From: Sporomusa silvacetica DSM 10669
GTDB lineage: Bacteria; Bacillota; Negativicutes; Sporomusales; Sporomusaceae
NCBI RefSeq assembly: GCF_002257705.2
Contig: NZ_CP155573.1
Span: 5,037,814-5,069,813 of the forward strand
Direction: 5' to 3'
Length of the DNA stretch: 32,000 nt
Position 1 is the first letter of the stretch. Every line of letters begins with the position of its first letter. Positions 24,770-32,000 of the stretch are shown piece by piece. The position numbers and the translations under genes are program-made. A model generated the notes under the pieces. It was not told the origin of the DNA, searched no databases, and saw nothing but the letters and a program-made list of their open reading frames with translations.

Positions 24770-24814
24770 AAAAACAAGCCACAACTCACAAATTTGGAGT
24801 TGTGGCTTGTTTTT
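24770..24814. terminator. Bidirectional rho-independent terminator between the convergent MCP and amidohydrolase-like genes
   Basis: AAAAACAAGCCACAACTC (24770-24787) pairs perfectly with GAGTTGTGGCTTGTTTTT (24797-24814), with a 9-nt loop. Confidence 0.8.
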
Positions 24815-24820
24815 GACAAC

Positions 24821-25519
24821 CTACCTGCTGGCTAATTCTTTGATACTTGCCACCAAAGCTCCAAGCAGACGGTGAAACCCTTGCGGGTTTTGTGCGGGCA
24901 CCCGATATTGCTTGTTAATTTCTACCTGCACAGCGGGAATTCTCAGTTCACGGGCTACATAATTAGTTATCGTATTAAGACCAGTTGCGGCAAAATGTTC
25001 CTTGGATATTTTGCCTAACCCGAACTCCCGAAAATTATGCTCTAAAATTTCTACCAGCTTAGGCTTAGCTAAGAGAGTTTTCCCATAATTTGTGCCAAAG
25101 TCTACATCGAATTCCTGCTCACGTGCTGCACCGTGGATGTCTAGTACGAACTTCACCTTTTCCCGGTTACAAATATCGGCAATTCTTTCTTTGTAGATGC
25201 AGGGGGTATCCATGTTAGGATCGCCGCCATAAAGCTTAGTTGTTGCAATCGCATGACAACCTGTCAATTTGCTTAAGAGGTATACAATAGAGCCTGTGAA
25301 CTGATCTGACATCTTGATTTTTTTTTGCCGATAATGCCTAACAGCATGCGGTGCCGACACCAAAACAGGTAGTTTCCCCAGGGAAATCCAGAACGGTTCT
25401 TCCTGCTTGGGGTTAACGCTTTTATCGGTCTTATAGAAATGCACTCTTTCTATACTCACTGCTTCTTCATTACTACGTGCCCGGTTAAACTCTTGCAGAA
25501 TATCTTCTTGTTGTCCCAA
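24821..25519 (-). CDS. N-formylglutamate amidohydrolase (FGase) family protein
   Basis: 232-aa ORF. The contexts LVSAPHAVRH and FVLDIHG are consistent with the FGase-fold metal-binding residues as I remember them. TTG start with GGGGGT 8 nt upstream. Confidence 0.45.
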   Translation of the reverse strand: MGQQEDILQEFNRARSNEEAVSIERVHFYKTDKSVNPKQEEPFWISLGKLPVLVSAPHAVRHYRQKKIKMSDQFTGSIVYLLSKLTGCHAIATTKLYGGDPNMDTPCIYKERIADICNREKVKFVLDIHGAAREQEFDVDFGTNYGKTLLAKPKLVEILEHNFREFGLGKISKEHFAATGLNTITNYVARELRIPAVQVEINKQYRVPAQNPQGFHRLLGALVASIKELASR

Positions 25520-25577
25520 ATAAATTAACCCCCGGTTTCATTGTTGATCGATAAGTGAATAAATTTGTGTAGCTGCT

Positions 25578-27812
25578 TTATCGCTTAAATTTAACAAAAA
25601 CTGTTGTTCCCTGCGTTGAACTCCGGATACCTAATTCCGCATTATGTCGCTCTGCAATGCGATAGCAAACCGGTAACCCCAAGCCAGTACCATTTTCCTT
25701 GGTCGTTACGAAGGGTTTACCCAATTGATTCAAAATTTCATCAGGTATGCCTGGTCCATTGTCTTGCACTTCAAGGAAGATTGCATCACTACTGCAATAG
25801 GTTTTAATCCTAACATGACCATTGGGTGCCATCGCCTCCATCGCATTTCGCAGTAGGTTTAAGAGTAGCTGCCGCACTTCACTCGGATCAAACTCGTTAT
25901 CCGGAGTATCGCCTTTTTCGACAATAACATTATGTCCCAACCGAAGTGCATCAGCCTGAATCAAGGGGAACATGGTATCGATTATAGCATTTAGGCTCCC
26001 GCGTTGCCTAACAATCGCCTTATTCTTAGCCAGCGACAGAAATTCACTAATGATAGTGTTGGCTCGATCCAATTCTTCGATCATGGTACTCAACTGGTCC
26101 TTATAATTAGCAAATTCTGTCCGTTTTTGGAATAACTGCAAGTATCCCCGAACTGTGGTCATGGGGTTGCGAATCTCATGACCAATACTGGCTGCCATTT
26201 CGCCGACAAGGTTGAGACGGTCCAATCGCTGCATTTCGGCCTCTAGTTTCTTTTCCTTAGTTATATCTTGAGCTACACCGATCCGACATATTTCCCCCTG
26301 CAGATGGATGAGTGCATTTGATAGTAGTATTGTAACAATGCTGCCGGCTTTTGTTCGCAACCGTAATTCGCAATTAGGGACTTCCTCTTTTGTGGCTAAG
26401 TCTTCTTTTAGAGTTTCTAGTTTCTTGTCATCTTCTACCCACAAATTCAATTCCTGAGCCGTGTGCCCCCTCACTTCATCCCGCGTGTACCCAATAACAT
26501 CCAGAAACCGCTGATTCACCTCGACAAATTTATCATCAGTCATTCTAACGATAACTACCATCGCACTCTTACTGTGGAAGGTTTTGTGAAACAGTTCTTC
26601 TGACTGACGCAAGGCTTCATCAGCTTGCTTGCGGTTTGTAATGTCCGTGAAAATCAAAGCAAACTGGTTTCCTTTGTGCAGCGAGTAAGCATAAATACTA
26701 TACCACCGGTGTAGGTTTCTGTTATACTGCTCAAAATGCATCGGCTGACCAGTACGTATCACCTCGGCATATCGCGCTATCGCCACTGCACCGAATGCCG
26801 GAAATAATCCTCTATATCCTTGTCCCAGAATTTTATCCCGCGATAACCGTATCAGTTTTTCATAGCCAGGATTGATATCAAGCACCACTGCATCGACCGG
26901 TTGTCCGCAATTGTCATAAATCAGCTCGTAGAGCCCAAAGCCTTCGCCCATCGACTCAAATAAAGACCTGTACCGTTCTTCACTTGTCCGCAGCGCATAT
27001 TCCATTTGCTTTTGTTCTGAGATATTTTTCGTACTTACCAAGAAAAATTCGACCTGTCCCAATTCATCTATCTCTGGCACAATATGGACCTGATAATATC
27101 TGCTTTCGCCATGCACAGAAAAAAGGTGCATATCATATTCTACGCCCCGGCCTGTCCGCAATACTTCTTCGAATTTAGATTGGTCAGGGGAAAAAACAGT
27201 CGCAGCAGTAATTCCTAACTCCCTTACCGCTGTTGGGTTGGCATAGATACAACGAAACTGCCTGTCAAAGCGGCTAAACGCAAGTGGCATACTCTCAAGC
27301 AACATCCGGATTTGCAACTCTCGCCGGAGTAGTTTTGCCTTGATCGCCTTCTCTTCTGTGACGTCACGCCAAGTAACTGCAATCTCATCATTCAGTTTGA
27401 TGGCATTCATATCAAAAATTCGGGTAGGAGAAGAATGGTTTTCATTAGCGTTAACTGGTACACATAGGTTTATTTGTTCTCCGGTCTCAATCACGTGGCA
27501 AAACGCTTCGAATTGCTCTGCTGATTTAGGCAGGGGAAATAACTCCAGCATCGTCTGGTCGCGAAATTCGTCTTGAGTAATACCAGTGTCCCGGCAAGCC
27601 GCCGCATTAACATATTGGTGGACAAAATCTGTAATTTGCCCTGCAGCATCGCGCTTAGCCTGTAGCAAAGCAAAACCAGCTGTCATCGTATCGCAATATC
27701 TTTGGAAACGTTCCTCACTTGTTTGAGCACTTTGTGCTTCTAGCTGGTTGACGGGCATAACTAGAGACGTTTGCTTCGCTATTTTTACCTGATTCAGCTC
27801 GCTGAGTTTCAT
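25578..27812 (-). CDS. Cytoplasmic multi-PAS sensor histidine kinase (sporulation KinA-like class), no adjacent response regulator
   Basis: The ORF-track start is 27848, but GGAGGTG plus 6 nt precedes ATG 27812. There are several PAS-like repeats (e.g. SEERYRSLFESMGEGFGLYE and SEELFHKTFHSKSAMVVI). The H-box is ASIGHEIRNPMTTVRGYLQLF. The N and G boxes are LLNLLRNAMEA and DNGPGIP...GTGLGL. Confidence 0.85.
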   Translation of the reverse strand: MKLSELNQVKIAKQTSLVMPVNQLEAQSAQTSEERFQRYCDTMTAGFALLQAKRDAAGQITDFVHQYVNAAACRDTGITQDEFRDQTMLELFPLPKSAEQFEAFCHVIETGEQINLCVPVNANENHSSPTRIFDMNAIKLNDEIAVTWRDVTEEKAIKAKLLRRELQIRMLLESMPLAFSRFDRQFRCIYANPTAVRELGITAATVFSPDQSKFEEVLRTGRGVEYDMHLFSVHGESRYYQVHIVPEIDELGQVEFFLVSTKNISEQKQMEYALRTSEERYRSLFESMGEGFGLYELIYDNCGQPVDAVVLDINPGYEKLIRLSRDKILGQGYRGLFPAFGAVAIARYAEVIRTGQPMHFEQYNRNLHRWYSIYAYSLHKGNQFALIFTDITNRKQADEALRQSEELFHKTFHSKSAMVVIVRMTDDKFVEVNQRFLDVIGYTRDEVRGHTAQELNLWVEDDKKLETLKEDLATKEEVPNCELRLRTKAGSIVTILLSNALIHLQGEICRIGVAQDITKEKKLEAEMQRLDRLNLVGEMAASIGHEIRNPMTTVRGYLQLFQKRTEFANYKDQLSTMIEELDRANTIISEFLSLAKNKAIVRQRGSLNAIIDTMFPLIQADALRLGHNVIVEKGDTPDNEFDPSEVRQLLLNLLRNAMEAMAPNGHVRIKTYCSSDAIFLEVQDNGPGIPDEILNQLGKPFVTTKENGTGLGLPVCYRIAERHNAELGIRSSTQGTTVFVKFKR

Positions 27813-27916
27813 ACGGCACACCTCCGCTATTCCGCAAGCATTTTCCATAATAGCCTATATTTGGTACATATTATTATTTTTTCGACATCAGCCTTTGTTT
27901 TCCTGCTTTCCTCTCC

Positions 27917-29662
27917 CTAATCAATTATCTCTAATCCATCAAACTGCATGTTGTAGTACTTAGCGTATAGACCATTCTGGGCCAGCAGCGTTTGGTGGTT
28001 GCCGCATTCTTGTATCTGCCCGTCGTTGATTACGATGATTTCGTCCGCATGACGAATGGTGCTCAGGCGATGAGCGATAATAATTGTTGTCCTCTGCTTG
28101 GCCAGTTCTTCCAAAGCGGCTTGAATATGTCGTTCGCTCTCGTTATCAAGAGCTGAAGTCGCTTCGTCCAAAATCAAAATCGGCGGATTTTTAAGGAAAA
28201 CACGAGCAATCGCGACACGCTGCTTTTGACCACCGGACAGACGAATGCCCCGCTCACCAACATAGGTATCATAGCCCTCTTCTAGGCTAGCGATAAAATC
28301 GTGAATATTAGCTTTTTGCGCAGCTGCGATAACCTCTTCTTCAGTCGCGTCCGGCCGACCGTAAGCAATATTATCCCGTATGCTGCCAGCAAATAAATAC
28401 ACATCCTGCTGCACAATGCCAATGGCATTGCGCAAAGAGGTAATCGTCAGGTCACGCACATCCTGGCCCTCAATCAAAATCATGCCTGCTGTCACATCAT
28501 AGAAACGCGGCAGCAAGGAACAGATTGTTGTTTTACCACCACCGGACGGGCCAACAAGCGCGATGGTTTTTCCGGCTTCAACCGTAAAATCAACCTGATT
28601 AAGCACATCATTGTTCCCCTCATAAGCAAAGGAAACCTGGCGGTACTCGATGCCTCCTTTTACGTTGGTAAGGGGAGTAGCCGCTTCTTTGTCCACAATT
28701 TCCGGCTGTGTTTGTAACACCTCAGCGAACCGTTTAAACCCGGCATAACCTTTTTGAAATTGCTCGGTAAAGTTGAGCAACACATCCAGCGGATTGATGA
28801 AAATAGCAATATAAAGTGCATAAACCGCCAGGTCAGTGGCCTCTAACTGACCTTTTCCTATGAAATAGCCGCCGCTTACCAGCACCACTACATACAGCAA
28901 ACCTTCCAATAACCCGTTACCGGCGTAGAAACTCCCCATGATTTTGTACACGCTTTCTTTCGATTCGAGAAATTCGAGATTGCCGCGGCGAAATTTTTTC
29001 TGTTCGATCTCTTCATTGGCAAATGACTTAATCACGCGAATACCGGCAAGGCTATCCTGCACGAGGGCATTGACAGTGGCAATCCGTTTACGGTTTTCCA
29101 AAAAGAGTATTTTCATGCGCTTATTCTTGTAGTAGCTGAAAATAGTCATACTCACCGCGATACTAAATAAGATCAGCGTCATCGGTATATTAATCATCAG
29201 CAACAAAATGAAGGAACCGATCAGTTTGAGACAAGAGATGAAAATATTTTCCGGGCCGTGGTGAGCTAATTCAGAGATGTCAAATAGATCAGACACCAGT
29301 TTAGACATCATCTCGCCGGTATTGTTCTTATCATAATAGGAAAAAGAAAGGCGCTGTAGGTGATCAAACAGATCTTGCCGCATATCGCTTTCCATCCTCG
29401 CACCCATCACATGCCCCCAAGTCGTAATGTAATATTGACAGGCATAACGGACGCCGTATAAGAGCATCATCCCTGCACCGACATAGCCGATAATGGCAAT
29501 AAACTCCCTTGTTTGCGCGATTAATAAATTTTTTGTCAGGTAATTGAGCACCTGCGGAAAAACCAGATCAATGGCCGAGACAATAATAGCACAAGCCATA
29601 TCAATATAAAAAAGCCGCCGATACGGCTTATAATAATGCAAAAAACCAGCAAGAATAGACAT
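27917..29662 (-). CDS. ABC transporter, fused permease/ATPase (type I exporter, MsbA/multidrug-like)
   Basis: Six-TM N-half. Walker A is GPSGGGKTT, the signature is LSGGQKQRVAIAR and Walker B is ILILDEATSALD. The ORF-track start is GTG 29671; GAGGTG is 6 nt from ATG 29662. Confidence 0.9.
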   Translation of the reverse strand: MSILAGFLHYYKPYRRLFYIDMACAIIVSAIDLVFPQVLNYLTKNLLIAQTREFIAIIGYVGAGMMLLYGVRYACQYYITTWGHVMGARMESDMRQDLFDHLQRLSFSYYDKNNTGEMMSKLVSDLFDISELAHHGPENIFISCLKLIGSFILLLMINIPMTLILFSIAVSMTIFSYYKNKRMKILFLENRKRIATVNALVQDSLAGIRVIKSFANEEIEQKKFRRGNLEFLESKESVYKIMGSFYAGNGLLEGLLYVVVLVSGGYFIGKGQLEATDLAVYALYIAIFINPLDVLLNFTEQFQKGYAGFKRFAEVLQTQPEIVDKEAATPLTNVKGGIEYRQVSFAYEGNNDVLNQVDFTVEAGKTIALVGPSGGGKTTICSLLPRFYDVTAGMILIEGQDVRDLTITSLRNAIGIVQQDVYLFAGSIRDNIAYGRPDATEEEVIAAAQKANIHDFIASLEEGYDTYVGERGIRLSGGQKQRVAIARVFLKNPPILILDEATSALDNESERHIQAALEELAKQRTTIIIAHRLSTIRHADEIIVINDGQIQECGNHQTLLAQNGLYAKYYNMQFDGLEIID

Positions 29663-29677
29663 CAGCAACACCTCTCC

Positions 29678-31126
29678 CTATGGAAAAATATTCACTTTCT
29701 TTATCGTATGCACTTTCCCTTTTATCTTCGTATGCAAGAGTGCCTCCATTACAAGATCCCCTTTTCCCCCAAGAATCTCAACATAGGAACAAGTATCCTG
29801 AATATCGATAATGCCGGTATCTGCTGCACTAACTCCGGCAATATTCGTAATGGCGCCAAGTATATCGCCAGGTCTCATTTTTGTCTTTTTCCCGGCATTG
29901 ATCCGAATCCTAGTTATATTTTTATTTAAATTGTCACTTTTATCGCTTTTATAATTAGGCATAGCCTTATTTTTATCAAAAATCAGCTTGCCGCTTTCAG
30001 CTGCTTCGACTGTCGGAGTTTCTTGCCGCGGTATCTGATAATCAATATATTGCTCTATCTCCGCTAACGAACTGCGTTCATCCGGAGTTACGAACGTAAT
30101 TGCCATACCTTCCTTTCCAGCCCGCCCAGTCCTGCCAATTCGATGAACATAGCTTTCATTATCTACAGGTATATCATAATTGATAACAAGAGCGATACCA
30201 TCGACGTGAATACCTCTTGCTGCCACATCAGTAGCAATCAGTAATGAAAACTCGCCTCTCTTAAAGCTTTGCATTGCCTGTAACCGCTCCCTTTGTTCCA
30301 TGCCACCATGCAAGCTGCCACAGTGAACTCCTTCCTTTTTCATTTTGTCAAATAGCATTTCTACTCTTTCTCTGGTGTTACAAAATACCAGACAACTATC
30401 TGGTCGCTTCGTATAAATTATTTTCAGCGCAAGGTTGATTTTTTCACTATCTTGGACCTCATAACATGCCTGCTGAATCAACTCGGCAGGAGGAATTTCT
30501 GAATCGACTTCAATCTTTACCGGATTACGCAGATATTGATTGCAGATTTCCTGAATTTTGTCCGGCATAGTTGCCGAAAATACCATAGTTACCCTATTAA
30601 TTGGCAACATTTTTACTATTGCTTCGACCTGGTCGATAAAGCCCATGTCCAGCATTTTATCTGCTTCATCGATAATAAGGTATTTGAGCTCGTCCAGATT
30701 AACATTTTTTCTTACAATGTGGTCAAATGTTCTCCCCGGTGTACCGACGATAACATGTACCCTTTGTTTCAACTCTCTTTTTTGTGCTTCCATAGGTTGT
30801 CTACCGAAAAGAGCCACACATCTTATTTTTTTAAACCTGCCAATGTTAGCGATATCCTGTTTTAATTGTACCGCCAATTCTCTGGTTGGCGTAAGAACAA
30901 GTGCCTGGGGGTACCTTTGTTCCACTTCTATTTTTTCGCAAACCGGAATGGCAAAAGCAGCTGTCTTGCCGCTGCCTGTCTGGGATCTTACTATAACATC
31001 CGTATCGGCAAGAGCTAAGGGTATTACCTGTTGCTGAACCTCAGTAAGTGTTTCAAACCCTAAATCTTCTAGCGCTTGCACGATTTCTTGGCTAAACTTG
31101 CATTTATCAAAACCGTTATTATCCAT
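29678..31126 (-). CDS. dbpA: DEAD-box ATP-dependent RNA helicase with a C-terminal DbpA/YxiN-type RNA-binding domain
   Basis: The Q-motif context is FETLTEVQ and motif I is SQTGSGKT. The remaining helicase motifs are DEAD (IIDEADKM), SAT and HRIGRTGRAG. The C-terminal RIRINAGKKTKMRPGDILGAI...GIIDI...SYVEI is the DbpA RBD. Confidence 0.85.
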   Translation of the reverse strand: MDNNGFDKCKFSQEIVQALEDLGFETLTEVQQQVIPLALADTDVIVRSQTGSGKTAAFAIPVCEKIEVEQRYPQALVLTPTRELAVQLKQDIANIGRFKKIRCVALFGRQPMEAQKRELKQRVHVIVGTPGRTFDHIVRKNVNLDELKYLIIDEADKMLDMGFIDQVEAIVKMLPINRVTMVFSATMPDKIQEICNQYLRNPVKIEVDSEIPPAELIQQACYEVQDSEKINLALKIIYTKRPDSCLVFCNTRERVEMLFDKMKKEGVHCGSLHGGMEQRERLQAMQSFKRGEFSLLIATDVAARGIHVDGIALVINYDIPVDNESYVHRIGRTGRAGKEGMAITFVTPDERSSLAEIEQYIDYQIPRQETPTVEAAESGKLIFDKNKAMPNYKSDKSDNLNKNITRIRINAGKKTKMRPGDILGAITNIAGVSAADTGIIDIQDTCSYVEILGGKGDLVMEALLHTKIKGKVHTIKKVNIFP

Positions 31127-32000
31127 TATCTAACCTCATTTTTTCCCAAACTCCGGTAATGGCCTTACTATGCTTTTGCCTCAGCCATTCACCAATATCT
31201 TTACCTTTTAATTCGGCAGGGACAACATCCTGCACCAGATTCAGGAGTGCCTTAAACGGGCCCAAAGCCGGAATATGTAATTTTATTGCCTGTGAAATGA
31301 TATCAAATTCCTCTACAGTCAACGAACCACGCCTCAGAGTATCAATTGCGGCTACAATTTTTTCCGGTTCAGGGACCTCCAGCAATGTCATAATTTTACT
31401 GGCAGTTACAGACGCAGTAAGCCAGTCACCAGGCAACGTCATGCGGCTATTCCAGTGGTATAGACTTTGGTGGTCCATCACAAGGCTCAAACTGGCAAAC
31501 CTTAGCTTTGGACTTGACGTAGCTTTTGCCACCGAATCCAGGCGATCCATTGCAATAGCAAATTGGTCTGCGGGTAAGTCCGCTATTTCTTCAAACACAC
31601 GTGGCAGTAAATTGCTCTGAACCAAAACCTTAAAAAAACGTGCCGGGGCCGGAGCGTCGTTCAAGACCTTTGTCAATTCGGTAAGCACCCGTTCAGCAGG
31701 CTCGCCGCCAAGTTCATCAGCAGCGCCACTTGCAAGAATCAGTGTCTCATCATCGATGGCGAAATCTAAGCGCGCCGCTTGTCCTGCAAGCCGTAAGGCA
31801 CGTATGGGATCATCAACAAAATGCTGACTAGTGGCACGAAGTATCTTGTTTTTAATATCCTGGATTCCATGGAAAGGATCAATCATTTCTCCAGTCAAAC
31901 TATCTACGGCAATGGAATTCACAGTTGTATCACGCCGAAATAGGTCTTCTTCAATGGTTATCTTAGGGTTTGATGCAATCTTGAAACCTTTGTAGCCGCT
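31119..32000 (-). CDS. cca: CCA-adding enzyme / poly(A) polymerase family tRNA nucleotidyltransferase, C-terminal ~293 codons (5' end beyond the right edge)
   Basis: The frame is open from 32000: SGYKGFKIASNPKITIEEDLFRRDTTVNSIAVD...DPFHGIQDIKNKILRATS..FVDDPIRALRLAGQAARL. This contains the RRD(F)T(I)N and EDPxRxLR motifs of class II nucleotidyltransferases. The ORF-track start (GTG 31922) is internal. The stop overlaps the dbpA start by 8 nt. Confidence 0.7.
   Translation of the reverse strand, partial: SGYKGFKIASNPKITIEEDLFRRDTTVNSIAVDSLTGEMIDPFHGIQDIKNKILRATSQHFVDDPIRALRLAGQAARLDFAIDDETLILASGAADELGGEPAERVLTELTKVLNDAPAPARFFKVLVQSNLLPRVFEEIADLPADQFAIAMDRLDSVAKATSSPKLRFASLSLVMDHQSLYHWNSRMTLPGDWLTASVTASKIMTLLEVPEPEKIVAAIDTLRRGSLTVEEFDIISQAIKLHIPALGPFKALLNLVQDVVPAELKGKDIGEWLRQKHSKAITGVWEKMRLDNG

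Noticed and set aside
1-32000. CRISPR arrays, rRNA/tRNA genes, prophage or integron cassettes (attC)
   Set aside because: There are no regularly spaced direct repeats, no tRNA cloverleaf candidates in the intergenic regions and no integrase or phage structural genes. The hairpins in the 49-bp repeats lack the attC R''/R' (RYYYAAC/GTTRRRY) cores.

Overview
32-kb chromosomal segment from an anaerobic Firmicutes-type genome. Supporting signs are GGAGG-type Shine-Dalgarno sites, a sporulation-type PAS histidine kinase, rubrerythrin and ferredoxins. It also encodes a signal-peptide beta-barrel outer-membrane protein, so the host is probably a diderm Firmicute (Negativicutes-like; this is inference). 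Most genes are on the minus strand. Left to right: (1) a seven-gene cluster of NRAMP/YcsG-like transporter, pxpA, DUF1445/YcsI-like, pxpB, pxpC, BCCP and biotin carboxylase, the last running off the left edge. (2) A LysR regulator with a second, diverged pxpB-pxpC pair. (3) A secreted chagasin-type (I42) peptidase inhibitor, a 'reverse' rubrerythrin with a PerR/Fur-like box, dapA, and a small beta-barrel OMP. (4) An MHS-type MFS transporter pseudogene split by a complete IS3-family element (13268-14482) with 4-bp target duplication. (5) A ferredoxin-cstA operon. (6) A 989-aa coiled-coil/winged-helix orphan with an overlapping leader mini-ORF. (7) tatA followed by a gene missing from the ORF track: a 98-codon frame with one in-frame TGA directly after a Cys, which I read as a probable HesB/IscA-like selenoprotein. 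(8) A MarR plus QueG-like Fe-S protein operon, a dCache methyl-accepting chemotaxis protein, an N-formylglutamate-amidohydrolase-like protein, an orphan multi-PAS histidine kinase, an ABC exporter, a DbpA-type DEAD-box helicase and a partial CCA-adding enzyme. I saw no rRNA, tRNA or CRISPR array. Most notable: the hidden TGA-containing gene (20351-20647); the orphan 989-aa protein with its leader ORF; a 49-bp direct repeat (14757-14804 and 20189-20237) bracketing the cstA-to-orphan segment; and the pxp cluster joined to BCCP and biotin carboxylase. All family assignments come from motif recognition by eye, and no searches were run.
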